Shown: positions 35,865 to 45,933, numbered from the stretch's first letter. The stretch is DNA of 64,000 bases from an uncultured Methanosarcinales archaeon (GCA_963843555.1 CAWJKV010000009.1:22750-86749); one strand, 5' to 3'. Translations and numbers: made by a program. The notes: generated from the letters alone by a model not told the origin.

Positions 35865-37673
35865 TTACCTTCCCCAGAAAGGATCCTTCTTGCGCTTGAT
35901 CTCCAGGAAATCCTCCAGCACCTCGCGTTCATCCTCGGCAAGCTTCGGCTTCAGCTCCAGCTCTACGATGCGAGCGTGCTTTTCCGGAATATTGACATAA
36001 AGGATATCGCCTTCATGGATCTGGCGCCCTACTGTTGGCCCGTCGATGGATATGGCCACTTCCTGGCCGACGGTTGCCGATCCCTGGTTCTCGTTATGGG
36101 CCTGGATTCCTTTTACCACGCCCACGTTAGCACCGTCCTCTCGCATGAGATTGACCTGAGTCCTGACTATTCCACCGATGACCTGAACGCCAACTACTGC
36201 CGGCTTGGACTGGCGAAATACGCAGTCCGGCAGGATTCGCACTGCGCCAGGCCGGATAACCGCTTCCAGGCGCGCCTGTTCAATCTTAATCTTCTGGTCT
36301 TCGACCCAGTGCTCATAGTTCTCAATGATCGAGTAGATGATCTCGCTGGAAAAGACGGGCACATTGGTCTTCTGGATTTCGGTGATGGCATCGGGCAGAA
36401 TATCCACGTTGAAACCCAGGATGGCCGAAAGCAATGGATCGTTGATAGCAGCGGCCCGAATCACGTCCCGTCTTGATACTGGCCCCACATCGGCATAGTG
36501 TATGTGTATGTCTCTCGCTTTCAGCTCGCCCACCAAAGCCTCCAGCGAGCCGAGGGTGTCCGATTTGAGAATTACGCCTTCGTTTTCTGTATCAATCCTG
36601 ACAGCTTCCAGCTCTGATTTCAATTCCTTGGATAAGATTTCGACCTCATCCTGGGAAGAGACCACCCGAATGGTTGATCCCGCCAGAGCGTTATCGAGCT
36701 TTGGTGCCGATATCTTGACACCAGAGGCTGCAGCAACATGCTTCACAGGCAAAAATCGCTCTTCGCTCCGGATCTCAGACATCGGCTTGGGCTTGAGCAG
36801 GGCTCTTATCTTTGTGACCACCGGTTCGTGGGCCGTGCCCACAATTACCGTATCCCCGGAGTTGAACTCTCCATTGTAGAGGATGACATCCAGGGTCACG
36901 CCCAGGCCCTTCTCCTCCTTGACCTCCAGAATTGTGCCCACGCCCGGGCCCGAGGCGGTGAGCTTCAGATTGTCTTTCAGGAACCTCTGAGCCAATCCCA
37001 CCAAAATCATGAGAAGATCCGGCACGCCTTCACCAGTGATGGCGCTGATGGGCACGATTCCCACCGTTCTTGTGAAATCTCCGATCCGATCGTACCGGTC
37101 CCCGTCGAATCCATATTTGTAGAGCTCTCCCACCAGCTCGTAGAACCTTGTTTCCAGCACATCTGTGACTCTCTCATTTTGCGCTTTGAGGCTCGTGGCA
37201 AATGGGGCATTGGCTACAGGGTGCCAGCCGCCGATGCGATCCATCTTGTTGGCAGCGACCACAAAGGGAGTCTTATAACGCTTGAGAATGTTGAGCGATT
37301 CGATGGTTTGGGGCTGAAAGCCCTCATTTATATCCACAATCAGCACGGCCAGATCTGCCAGAGAGCCGCCACGACTGCGCATGGAGGTAAATGCATGGTG
37401 TCCTGGCGTGTCGATGAATAGCAGTCCGGGAATTTGCATCTCCTTCCCGAAGTGCGACCCGCAGAAATCCTGGATGACATTCAACGGGACCTCTGTGGCT
37501 CCGATGTGCTGGGTGATAAGTCCGGCCTCCCCTTTGGCTACGGCCGTTCCCCTAATCTTATCCAAGAGCGTGGTCTTGCCGTGATCCACATGCCCCATCA
37601 CCACTACGATAGGAGTTCTGAGGTTGGATTCATTGCCCTTCGTTTTGCTGGTTTTTTTTGACTTCTGTTGCAT
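35865..37673 (-). CDS. infB: Translation initiation factor aIF5B (IF-2)
   Basis: GHVDHGKTT, ITQHIGAT, DTPGH, NKMD; C-terminal DPFWG. Confidence 0.97.
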   Translation of the reverse strand: MQQKSKKTSKTKGNESNLRTPIVVVMGHVDHGKTTLLDKIRGTAVAKGEAGLITQHIGATEVPLNVIQDFCGSHFGKEMQIPGLLFIDTPGHHAFTSMRSRGGSLADLAVLIVDINEGFQPQTIESLNILKRYKTPFVVAANKMDRIGGWHPVANAPFATSLKAQNERVTDVLETRFYELVGELYKYGFDGDRYDRIGDFTRTVGIVPISAITGEGVPDLLMILVGLAQRFLKDNLKLTASGPGVGTILEVKEEKGLGVTLDVILYNGEFNSGDTVIVGTAHEPVVTKIRALLKPKPMSEIRSEERFLPVKHVAAASGVKISAPKLDNALAGSTIRVVSSQDEVEILSKELKSELEAVRIDTENEGVILKSDTLGSLEALVGELKARDIHIHYADVGPVSRRDVIRAAAINDPLLSAILGFNVDILPDAITEIQKTNVPVFSSEIIYSIIENYEHWVEDQKIKIEQARLEAVIRPGAVRILPDCVFRQSKPAVVGVQVIGGIVRTQVNLMREDGANVGVVKGIQAHNENQGSATVGQEVAISIDGPTVGRQIHEGDILYVNIPEKHARIVELELKPKLAEDEREVLEDFLEIKRKKDPFWGR

Positions 37674-37775
37674 ACAGATCGCTTCTCGGGAAACAGTAAC
37701 TCTAAAAAATGGTTTTATTTTTTGAGAACTTAAAGGCTCTCATGAGACGGGGGCAGAAATGCGTTCCGCCCGAAC

Positions 37776-38234
37776 TTACTCATAGAGCCATTCTTCGTCG
37801 ATTCGCTTGAAGGTCACCAGTTCGTCAGCATTGAAGTGGAGAGCTATCTCGCGAGCTGCGGACGTGACTGAATCTGAGCCGTGCACGACATTTCGTCCGG
37901 TTTCAATTCCATAGTCTCCTCGAATGGTCCCTGGAACTGCATCCACCGGATTGGTAGCGCCGTTCATTTTCCTCATGGCCGCAACTGCGCCCCTTCCTTC
38001 TACCACCAGTGAGACCGAAGGTCCAGAGGTGATGAAATCCACCAGATCCTGGTAGAACTTCTTGCCCACATGTTCAGCGTAGTGCTCCTTGGCTTTCTCC
38101 ACGGGCATCAGGGTCAGCTTCATAGCTACAATCTTGAAGCCTTTCTCCTCGATGCGTTGCAGTATCTTGCCCACCAGTCCACGCTGCACTCCATCTGGTT
38201 TGACCATGACGAAGGTTCTCTCGTTCTCAGCCAG
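37776..38234 (-). CDS. ndk: Nucleoside diphosphate kinase (probable CTG start at 38234)
   Basis: ERTFVMVKPDGVQR, PGTIRGD, NVVHGSDS; conserved ERTF lies upstream of the first ATG (38207). Confidence 0.93.
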   Translation of the reverse strand: MAENERTFVMVKPDGVQRGLVGKILQRIEEKGFKIVAMKLTLMPVEKAKEHYAEHVGKKFYQDLVDFITSGPSVSLVVEGRGAVAAMRKMNGATNPVDAVPGTIRGDYGIETGRNVVHGSDSVTSAAREIALHFNADELVTFKRIDEEWLYE

Positions 38235-38237
38235 GTC

Positions 38238-38408
38238 TTATGCCCCCTTTCTGGCCCACTTGATTCTTCTCGTTACTCGCCCCAGGGCAACATTATTCTC
38301 GCACTTGGCTGAGCAGAAATAAAAGACGGTTCCGTCCTTTTTGGCATAGAGCTTGCCTGTGCCCGGCTCGATGGTCTTGCTGCAGAAGGTACATTTTCTC
38401 TCTTCCAT
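38238..38408 (-). CDS. rpl24e: 50S ribosomal protein L24e (56 aa, below ORF-track cut-off)
   Basis: Manual translation [39 protein letters not shown]...KWARKGA; position between rps28e and ndk. Confidence 0.93.
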   Translation of the reverse strand: MEERKCTFCSKTIEPGTGKLYAKKDGTVFYFCSAKCENNVALGRVTRRIKWARKGA

Positions 38409-38414
38409 CTTTCT

Positions 38415-38627
38415 TCACCTGCTGGTAAGCTTCTTGGCCTCTCTGGCAGTCTCCAGCAGCATCAGAACATCGCCGATGCGGATGGGTCCCATGCTGTTCC
38501 TGGTGATGATGCGGCCCTTGTTATTGCCTTCCAGGATACGACACTTGATCTGCATAGCCTCGCCATGCATGCCAGTGACGCCGATGACCTCGATGACCTC
38601 TGCCGGTATGCCGTTATCATCCTCCAT
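38415..38627 (-). CDS. rps28e: 30S ribosomal protein S28e
   Basis: [26 protein letters not shown]...GD.LML.ET.REA. Confidence 0.95.
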   Translation of the reverse strand: MEDDNGIPAEVIEVIGVTGMHGEAMQIKCRILEGNNKGRIITRNSMGPIRIGDVLMLLETAREAKKLTSR

Positions 38628-38637
38628 CGGATATCAC

Positions 38638-39006
38638 CTACTTCAGAGCTGCGACTTTTTGGACGATTTCATCCAACAGTTCTTTTCCCTTTCCAGGCTC
38701 TACGATTGCTGCAGCTGCGCTCTTTACACCCAAACCGGCGGCAGCTCCTAGCTCGCTCTGCTTCTTGACATAGATATAGGGAGTCTTCTTCTCTTCGCAA
38801 AGAGCCGGAATATGAGCTACAATCTCAGGGGGCTGAACATCTTCGCCGACGATTACCAGGCGGGCCACACCGCGCTCGATGGCCTTGGTAGCCTCGTTGG
38901 TCCCTTTCTTTATTCTGCCAGTATCACGAGCCAGCTCAAGGGCCTCGAGAGATTTCGTGGCCAGCTCTGCTGGAACATCAAACCTAACATATATTGGTCT
39001 TGCCAT
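38638..39006 (-). CDS. rpl7ae: 50S ribosomal protein L7Ae
   Basis: [38 protein letters not shown] upstream of ATG 39006. Confidence 0.95.
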   Translation of the reverse strand: MARPIYVRFDVPAELATKSLEALELARDTGRIKKGTNEATKAIERGVARLVIVGEDVQPPEIVAHIPALCEEKKTPYIYVKKQSELGAAAGLGVKSAAAAIVEPGKGKELLDEIVQKVAALK

Positions 39007-39029
39007 AATTAATTCTCCTTCCGGGCCAG

Positions 39030-39090
39030 TTCGCCCATCATCATTCATCGCAAAAGCGCCTTTCAGATCAGACCTTTCAGATCAGCCTGA
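39030..39090 (-). promoter_or_regulatory. Candidate K-turn/K-loop element in the rpl7ae 5' leader
   Basis: Minus strand reads CTGATCTGAAAGGTCTGATCTGAAAGGCGCTTTTGCGATGAATGATGATG: box D (CUGA) copies followed by box C-like GCGAUGA/AUGAUGA. Confidence 0.45.
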
Positions 39091-39114
39091 AGCTCCACAT
39101 GTAAAAAGGTTGCG

Positions 39115-39984
39115 CTAGGGCGCGAGAAGGCCTACCAGCACATTTTGAAGATTTTCCTTTGCCACAGATCCTGATAGTTCTGCATCAGACCCGACCATAG
39201 AATAGCTGAGATTGTTATTCTCGGCGATTTCCGACGCCTTCTGGTTCACACTTTCCGTGGGCTGAAGATACTTGGCGTACAGATCGAAGCCACTGGCCTG
39301 ATCCGTTGGTGCGCTTACGCCCAGGTAAAACTCTCTGTATCCGCCGGAAAGGGGCATACTCGCACCGCCACTGCCGAGAGCCCCCACCTGCAGATCAGCT
39401 TCGCCATCGTCAACAAGAGTGAAGTTACCTGCGGGCTGGCTTCCAGAGATCACATCTATGACTTGTCTTGTCGCGTCCTGCGACCCGAAGAGGATGGGCT
39501 TGCCCATGACTTTCACATATTCTGAGCCGGATGTTATGGGTATCATCATATAATCCTGGTAAGGTATGACAAGTCCGCTGGTGCTCGCGGGGAAGGGTCG
39601 AACCCAGTGGAATTCCTCCATTGTATTGTTGAAATAGATCTCAGCCAGCCTTTCGATCTCATTAGGATAAATCTGGGATCCATAGGTCAGGCCTAAGGAT
39701 TGGGGAAGAGCGGCTCGGGCCGCATCGGTCAGATTCTGCGATGGAGTCATATTGATCCAATATGCCATCACAGTGCTCTGCGGTGACATCTCCAGGACGT
39801 CTTGCAGTCCATCGAAATTCCAGTCCACCAGGCGGCCCTGCACCCCAAAGGTCTGCAAGGAATCGGGGGTGGATACCACAATAGCCTCATTCTGGTTGCT
39901 GCCTCTGAGCACGAAACCTGCAAAGGCGGAGATTACCATAATAGCGCCTACGAAGATAGCGAAAGCTTTCGAATTCATCCGCAA
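39115..39984 (-). CDS. Hypothetical protein with N-terminal membrane anchor
   Basis: 289-aa ORF, N-terminal hydrophobic helix, fills the space between flanking genes. Confidence 0.7.
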   Translation of the reverse strand: MRMNSKAFAIFVGAIMVISAFAGFVLRGSNQNEAIVVSTPDSLQTFGVQGRLVDWNFDGLQDVLEMSPQSTVMAYWINMTPSQNLTDAARAALPQSLGLTYGSQIYPNEIERLAEIYFNNTMEEFHWVRPFPASTSGLVIPYQDYMMIPITSGSEYVKVMGKPILFGSQDATRQVIDVISGSQPAGNFTLVDDGEADLQVGALGSGGASMPLSGGYREFYLGVSAPTDQASGFDLYAKYLQPTESVNQKASEIAENNNLSYSMVGSDAELSGSVAKENLQNVLVGLLAP

Positions 39985-40005
39985 TTCTCACGGGACTATT
40001 ATTAT

Positions 40006-41457
40006 TTAACTTTTCTCTGAGGGCCAGAGCGGTTCGTCCTGAATATAGCTCCGTTTCAAGGCAAGGGCAATCTCCGCCTTCTCCAGTTCGCGGCCCAGGT
40101 ACCCGGCATGGTCCAGTCGCTTGACCAACCCCATATCGATCAGAGTGTTCAGGATCTCCTTCGCACCGATGCCTGCCACAGTTACGCTGCCGTTTCCGGC
40201 CAGGATCCTTCCCTGGGCGAGGAGTATTCTGAAGCTTCCTGCACTGTCTGGTTCGAATTTGTGCTCATTTCCGGCTTGCATGAACTCCCTTGGCATTGGC
40301 TCTTCCGGAAGGTGTCGCTTCTCCTTCGAGATCAAGAGGTCAAGGCCCAGGTCTTTTGGCGGCGTTTTGCGCCATTGGGCTAGGATCATCATTCGCGAGG
40401 CAACAGCGAGTTCATGCACGCTTCCCCGGGCTTTTGCGCTGTACTCAGGAGTGAAGAGCAGCGAGGCCCCCGTCTCAGCTCCCAGAGACGCGAGCAGGGC
40501 GTTGGCACCTGCGCTATCGGCATCCAGCAGCTCTGTGACATTGCCCACTCCAAAGAAGAGTGGTATGGTTGGGTGAGCCTCTCGAAATAGGATGTACTCA
40601 TGCAGTGAAGTGGCCAGACCCAGGGCAGGTGGATTGAGAACAGGATCGGCGATTGCCCGTATTCCATACGCAAGAGCCTTATCCAGGTTCTCCTCCAGGC
40701 CGATTGGCCCTGGTCCTGGAATGACCACTGCCGGTATGCCTGCGGCGGCAACGGCCTGGCCGACTTTGGGAAGATTCTCGCCGTTAAGGCTCAGGATCAG
40801 TTCAGCTCCCGCCTGAATTCCGGCCAAGATCAAATCTGGGACGACTGTATCCACGCTTACAGGAAGATTGGTGGCCATCTTGGCAGTTTGCAGTGCGGCT
40901 GTGACCTGGGAGGGTTCGGCATCAAGGGGGACTCCCAGGTCGATCAGGTCTGCGCCTTGCTCCTCAAAATAGCTTATTCTCTCCGCCAGGTCCGCGCCAT
41001 CCAATCGCGTTGCATCTACAATCTCGGCCAGGACCTTCATCCTGGAGCTGCCGCCGATCTTGACCCCTTTGACCGCCAATTGGGCGGAGGCCATTGCTTC
41101 CAGCCTCTCTACCTGGGCGAGAGCATCAGATCTGTCCTTGCCTTCCATCAGGACGCAGGCGGGGATATTAGGGGAGAGCTCAACCTCATCCAGGTGGCGC
41201 AGCACAAATCCCAGGTCCACGGCATGCTTGGGCCCCAGGCGAATCTTGGTCTCAAGCTCGCGTTCCGCCTTCTTGAAATCAGCGGTTATGGCCCCGGGAA
41301 TCAGGATGAGATCGTAGCCCCGCGGCGCAGCCCGGCAAAGCATCTCTGGGGTTATGAATGCCGCCACATCGACATCCAGCGCCAGCACGTCTGCATCTTT
41401 GGCCGAGGCTTTGACCTGGTCGAGAGCCAGCCTTCCTGTGACGAGGAGAACTTTCAT
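40006..41457 (-). CDS. Archaeal dihydropteroate synthase-like protein (pterin-binding plus C-terminal DUF4346-like domain)
   Basis: MKVLLVTGRLA, GADLIDLG, VSVDT, GVGNVTELLDADS, HAGYLGRELEKAE..L..Y.QD. Confidence 0.8.
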   Translation of the reverse strand: MKVLLVTGRLALDQVKASAKDADVLALDVDVAAFITPEMLCRAAPRGYDLILIPGAITADFKKAERELETKIRLGPKHAVDLGFVLRHLDEVELSPNIPACVLMEGKDRSDALAQVERLEAMASAQLAVKGVKIGGSSRMKVLAEIVDATRLDGADLAERISYFEEQGADLIDLGVPLDAEPSQVTAALQTAKMATNLPVSVDTVVPDLILAGIQAGAELILSLNGENLPKVGQAVAAAGIPAVVIPGPGPIGLEENLDKALAYGIRAIADPVLNPPALGLATSLHEYILFREAHPTIPLFFGVGNVTELLDADSAGANALLASLGAETGASLLFTPEYSAKARGSVHELAVASRMMILAQWRKTPPKDLGLDLLISKEKRHLPEEPMPREFMQAGNEHKFEPDSAGSFRILLAQGRILAGNGSVTVAGIGAKEILNTLIDMGLVKRLDHAGYLGRELEKAEIALALKRSYIQDEPLWPSEKS

Positions 41458-41517
41458 GGCGAACGATAAACGATTTTGCACTAAATACCAAAAATTTTAG
41501 GGCAGAAAAAGTGTACT

Positions 41518-41907
41518 CTAGCGCGCATCGCAGTATCTTACCTCATCCACGTCCAGGGTCAGGGGTGTTGCCGGCTCGAAGGAGGCAATCCTTCTTACCC
41601 GGCCCACTCCCACCATCTGCAGCTGCAATCTAGCTGCCTGCGCTTCACTCTCTTCGTAGTAATCCTCGCTGGATTGAACTGTTCGGTGAGTGATAATCTG
41701 CAGAGCTTTTATGCCGGTGATGAGGCCGCTTGTGCCCGGAACAATGTCCGGTGCGCTTGCCTCGGTAAGAAAAATCCTCTCCCCCGGCTGGGCGCTCAAG
41801 AGCGCGAAGAAATTGTTGGGGCTCCTGATCTCAACCGTCCTGACCCTGGCGACAAGGAGTTCCTTCATAACATGTTTTGCTAATCCCGTTAGTGCTGTGT
41901 AGATCAT
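41518..41907 (-). CDS. Conserved archaeal protein (DUF473-like)
   Basis: ALTGL, RTVEIRSPNNF, IFLT, EESE..AARLQL motifs. Confidence 0.65.
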   Translation of the reverse strand: MIYTALTGLAKHVMKELLVARVRTVEIRSPNNFFALLSAQPGERIFLTEASAPDIVPGTSGLITGIKALQIITHRTVQSSEDYYEESEAQAARLQLQMVGVGRVRRIASFEPATPLTLDVDEVRYCDAR

Positions 41908-41913
41908 TTGGCA

Positions 41914-42657
41914 TCACCCGTACATGGGGAACTCTTTGGGCATCTGAGCCTGTTGTTCCTCGGTTGTGACCGCTTTCATCTGCTGGGACAGGTTAGCCAT
42001 CTGCACCTCAATCTCATCCGCTTGCTCAGTCAGCTTGGCAGTGCTTATACCTAAATCGTAAATCTTGTTGAGAGTCTCAATGGTAGCGATTGCAGCTCTT
42101 GGGTCCGGTTCTGCTGATACTGTCTCACCCAAGAGGCAGATGGCAGGCAGATTATTAATGCGGCATTCGTTCATAATGCTGCCTGTGATGCCTGTAATTG
42201 TTCCCATCTCGAAGATCTCTGCTTTGTCTTTAATCCTATCAAGCAAATCCGGTTTGCTCACTGCGCCAAAGACCCTGTGCTGATCGTCCATCACCGTTAT
42301 GCCTGCCAGGCAGATCATCTCTTGAACATTCATGGACTCGGCCCAGGATACTATCTCCTTTCCAATCTCATAAGAGGCCAGGGGATGTACGGGAATGTCG
42401 GCGGTGAGAACTACCAGGCCCTTGCCAGCATCCTCGTAAATGCGAACCGGCATATTCACCACTCCACCCAAGAGAACTGCCAGGGGCGGGAAGTATCTGG
42501 AGCTCATGGCTCCCAAATAGGTCATTTTGAGTTCGTTGACAATGTACTGGCTGGCGATATTCCCTACCAGGCCAATTCCCGGGAATCCTTCTATCAAGAG
42601 GGGATTCTTGACGGAGAGCTCCTTCTCAAGGATGACCTGGACGATTTCCTTATCCAT
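41914..42657 (-). CDS. Proteasome assembly chaperone (PAC2) family protein
   Basis: EGFPGIGLVGNIA, FPP, PVRIY, PDPRAA, C-terminal MYG HbYX motif. Confidence 0.88.
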   Translation of the reverse strand: MDKEIVQVILEKELSVKNPLLIEGFPGIGLVGNIASQYIVNELKMTYLGAMSSRYFPPLAVLLGGVVNMPVRIYEDAGKGLVVLTADIPVHPLASYEIGKEIVSWAESMNVQEMICLAGITVMDDQHRVFGAVSKPDLLDRIKDKAEIFEMGTITGITGSIMNECRINNLPAICLLGETVSAEPDPRAAIATIETLNKIYDLGISTAKLTEQADEIEVQMANLSQQMKAVTTEEQQAQMPKEFPMYG

Positions 42658-42810
42658 GTGAATATACTGGCCCTTTATCTGAGATAAGAGCATCGCTTCC
42701 AGACCAAATCCGGTGGATAAGAGGCCAGTTTGGTGCAAAATGTTTATCAACATTATAACCGGGAACTGATTTCGGTCGCAAATGAATTTGGTTTCATTCT
42801 TGGAGTCAAA

Positions 42811-44883
42811 ATGGCAGAACTATTTAAAGAGGTTATAGATCGGGCGAAGGCAGTCGGCAGGACTTATCTGATGGAGCATGAGAGCAAAGCCGTTCTGGAG
42901 AGCCTGGGAATTACCACTTCCAAATCCATTGTAGCAAGGTCGGAAGATGAAGCTGTGGAGATATTCCAGTCCCTTGCATCTCCCGCAGCCTTGAAGGTTC
43001 TCTCCCCGGATGTAGTCCATAAATCCGATGCCGGCGGAGTCAAGCTCAATTTGAAGGACACCAATGAGGTTCGAGAAGCCTTTCGGGATATTGCCCGGGC
43101 ATTCCAGGGCAAAAAAGTGGAAGGCGTCTCTGTGCAGAAGATGGCCCGACCGGGTGTGGAGGCCATTGTGGGAGTCACAAACGATGCCACATTCGGTCCC
43201 ATGTTGATGTTCGGTCTGGGTGGAGTATTCGTTGAGGTTCTAAGAGATGTATCCTTCCGATCCATTCCCATCACTGAATCGGATGCAGAGGATATGATAG
43301 AGGAGATAAAGGGTTATCCTCTCTTGAAAGGGTCTCGCGGCTACTCTGCCGATACCAAAGCTCTGAAGAATTTGCTGATGCGAATATCGAACTTTGTGGT
43401 CGAGAATCCCGAAATCTCGGAGATGGATTTGAATCCAGTATTCCTCTATCCAGAAGGCTACATGGTGGTTGATGCCAGGATAATTCTGGGCGCGCCCCGG
43501 CCTTCGCCTCCGGCTCCGGTCAAGCAGGATCTGCACGACCTTTTCTATCCGAAGAGCATCGCGGTCGTTGGAGCTTCCGGTACTCCCGGAAAATTGGGCT
43601 GGAACGTCTTCACCAATCTTGTCAGCCACAACTTCAAAGGAAAGCTTTATCCCATCAATCCCAAGGCCGATGAGATTCACGGCCTCAAGGCCTATCCGCG
43701 CATCAGCGCTGTGCCGGAACCGGTGGATGTAGCCATCATCCTCGTCTCGGCGGGCATGACAACGGATGTCGTTGAAGAGTGCTGCAAGTGCGGCGTGCGC
43801 TATATTGTTGTCGAGTCGGCAGGCTTTGCAGAGCTTGGTCCGGACGGCAAAAAGATAGAGATGGCGATGTTGGAGATTGCAGATAAATACGGTGTTCGGC
43901 TGCTCGGCCCCAACTGCTCCGGCATCATCAATACCCATTGCAGCATGGTTCAATCCATTGGCATTGTCGACGCCCTCAGCATGGGAAATATTGGCCTCGT
44001 CTCTCAAGCGGGAGTCTGCGCCGCAGGAATGCTCTGGGGGCTGCGCCATATCATGGACTTCGGCATCATCGCCACCATCGGCAACAAACTGGACATCAAT
44101 GAGACCGATGTCATGGAGGCGGTGAGCAAGGACGAGAACATCAATGTCATCTGCATGTATCTGGAGTCGGTAAAAGGCGGGCGGCGTTTTATCGACGAGG
44201 CCCGTCGCATCACACTGGAGAAGCCCATGGTGGTGCTCAAGTCCGGACGCACCGATGCCGGCAAAACGGCAGTTGCATCACATACGGCATCTCTGGCAGG
44301 CAACGACCAGATCTTCAGCGCCGCCTTCCGCCAGTCGGGGATCATCAGAGCCCGCGACTACGAACACATGTTCAACCTGGCCCGGGCCATCTCCAAGCAG
44401 CCCTTCCCGGACCGGGAAGGCGTATTCATAATAACCTATGCCGGCTCCCTGGGAGTCATAGCCGCCGATGCCATCACCGACAACGGCATGCGTCTTGCTG
44501 AACTTGAGCCTTCCTTGAAGGAGAGATTGAAGAATCTGCTGCCCGATTATGTCTGCGGCATGAATCCCGTGGATTACACCTTCAGCCAGGATGCAGAGAC
44601 TGTGAAGAGTACCATTGAGATCGGTGTGGATAGCGATGACGTGGGCAGCTTCATCGTGATCCTTCAGGCCGAGATACTGGAGAGCTACCCGGATACCCTG
44701 AAGAGCATCGATTATAAGGGCAAGCCCATCATCGCCTGCGTGGCGGGAAAGGAGTTCGCAATGTCAGGTGTCATCAAGATGGAGAAGGCAGGCATCCCCG
44801 TCTTCTCCACACCCGAGCAGGTGGCTGACGCTCTGGGAATAATGTACAGACACCATAAGAGGCTAAAGAGGGAGAAGGCCTAG
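42811..44883 (+). CDS. ADP-forming acetate/acyl-CoA ligase, fused beta-alpha architecture
   Basis: N-terminal ATP-grasp (VVHKSDAGGV, FGPMLMFGLGG, EMDLNP) then CoA-binding (AVVGAS, LGPNC) and ASHTASLAG phospho-His. Confidence 0.88.
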   Translation: MAELFKEVIDRAKAVGRTYLMEHESKAVLESLGITTSKSIVARSEDEAVEIFQSLASPAALKVLSPDVVHKSDAGGVKLNLKDTNEVREAFRDIARAFQGKKVEGVSVQKMARPGVEAIVGVTNDATFGPMLMFGLGGVFVEVLRDVSFRSIPITESDAEDMIEEIKGYPLLKGSRGYSADTKALKNLLMRISNFVVENPEISEMDLNPVFLYPEGYMVVDARIILGAPRPSPPAPVKQDLHDLFYPKSIAVVGASGTPGKLGWNVFTNLVSHNFKGKLYPINPKADEIHGLKAYPRISAVPEPVDVAIILVSAGMTTDVVEECCKCGVRYIVVESAGFAELGPDGKKIEMAMLEIADKYGVRLLGPNCSGIINTHCSMVQSIGIVDALSMGNIGLVSQAGVCAAGMLWGLRHIMDFGIIATIGNKLDINETDVMEAVSKDENINVICMYLESVKGGRRFIDEARRITLEKPMVVLKSGRTDAGKTAVASHTASLAGNDQIFSAAFRQSGIIRARDYEHMFNLARAISKQPFPDREGVFIITYAGSLGVIAADAITDNGMRLAELEPSLKERLKNLLPDYVCGMNPVDYTFSQDAETVKSTIEIGVDSDDVGSFIVILQAEILESYPDTLKSIDYKGKPIIACVAGKEFAMSGVIKMEKAGIPVFSTPEQVADALGIMYRHHKRLKREKA

Positions 44884-44972
44884 GCGTTAGTAGCTCAAGC
44901 TGTGAGGCAAATGGGGGCATTTCCCTTTTTTTTTTACGGTTCACAGGAACAACCAGACTTCGAGTTGCCAGA

Positions 44973-45683
44973 CTAAGCCAACTTCCATTTGGGATTGATC
45001 GAATCGAGGTACTGGAACTCGGCGAAGCTGTAGGGCGCCTCATAGTATTCAGGTTCTGTCATGGCCCCATAGTAGCTATCCACCGCCAGCCAGGTATCGG
45101 GATGATCTTTATTCTCCACAGCAACCCATATATGGCCCTGGGAGGCAAACCCGCTCGGGTCGTACAAGAAGATCACTTTGCATCCAAAGCTCTTGTAAGC
45201 GGTCTCCAGCTTTTGAGAGCCTTCATAGCACATTCCCAAAGGAGCCTCGGGAAAGATGACATGCCTGCTGATAGTCTTTATGAACTCGGCATCATTCGTT
45301 TGCGCATAAGTAGTGTTGATCCGGATGGCATCGCTGGATATCACCTGAACCGGACCTGTCTTGGCGGCGGGGGGAGTCATCCATAGATCCCCCAGCCTCA
45401 GGGAGGCGCCGTTCGGTGTAATATAGACCTCTTTTCCTGCCTTTAATTTGACGATAACATATGATTGACCCACCGCAGGCTCTGCATTGTATCCATGGGT
45501 CACGAGAAAAAATGCCAGATCATTTGGTGTGATGCCTATATCCTCATAACTGGATAGGAGCAACCACAGATCGTTCTCCTCAGAGGCCTGGCAGGCTGAG
45601 GGATATAAGATCAATAGCACTGATACAATGATGCCAATTCTTCTCAACCCCACCACCAAAGAGCCATAATTCTGGCCGCACAT
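44973..45683 (-). CDS. Secreted hypothetical protein, possible transglutaminase/papain-like C-terminal domain
   Basis: Signal-like N-terminus; GMCYEGS, GHIWV, AVDSYY in Cys-His-Asp order. Confidence 0.65.
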   Translation of the reverse strand: MCGQNYGSLVVGLRRIGIIVSVLLILYPSACQASEENDLWLLLSSYEDIGITPNDLAFFLVTHGYNAEPAVGQSYVIVKLKAGKEVYITPNGASLRLGDLWMTPPAAKTGPVQVISSDAIRINTTYAQTNDAEFIKTISRHVIFPEAPLGMCYEGSQKLETAYKSFGCKVIFLYDPSGFASQGHIWVAVENKDHPDTWLAVDSYYGAMTEPEYYEAPYSFAEFQYLDSINPKWKLA

Positions 45684-45933
45684 TGCGTCTTCAGAAAATA
45701 TGTTAGTATCACGTCTATAAAGATTTATTGTTTTTTTAGAATGATAAGGGGGAAAAGAAGGATTATTGTAGATCTAGATCAGAGCAAGTAACGCTTCAAT
45801 AGAATTCTTGCAGGAGATTCAGGCACTTGGCATGGTTAATTTTTTTTGATAGTTTGTCCATGAAAATTTCGAACCCGGCAAGACCATACAGGAGATAAAT
45901 AAATAAAAAGCGAGCCGATCGCCTTCTTTAGCC

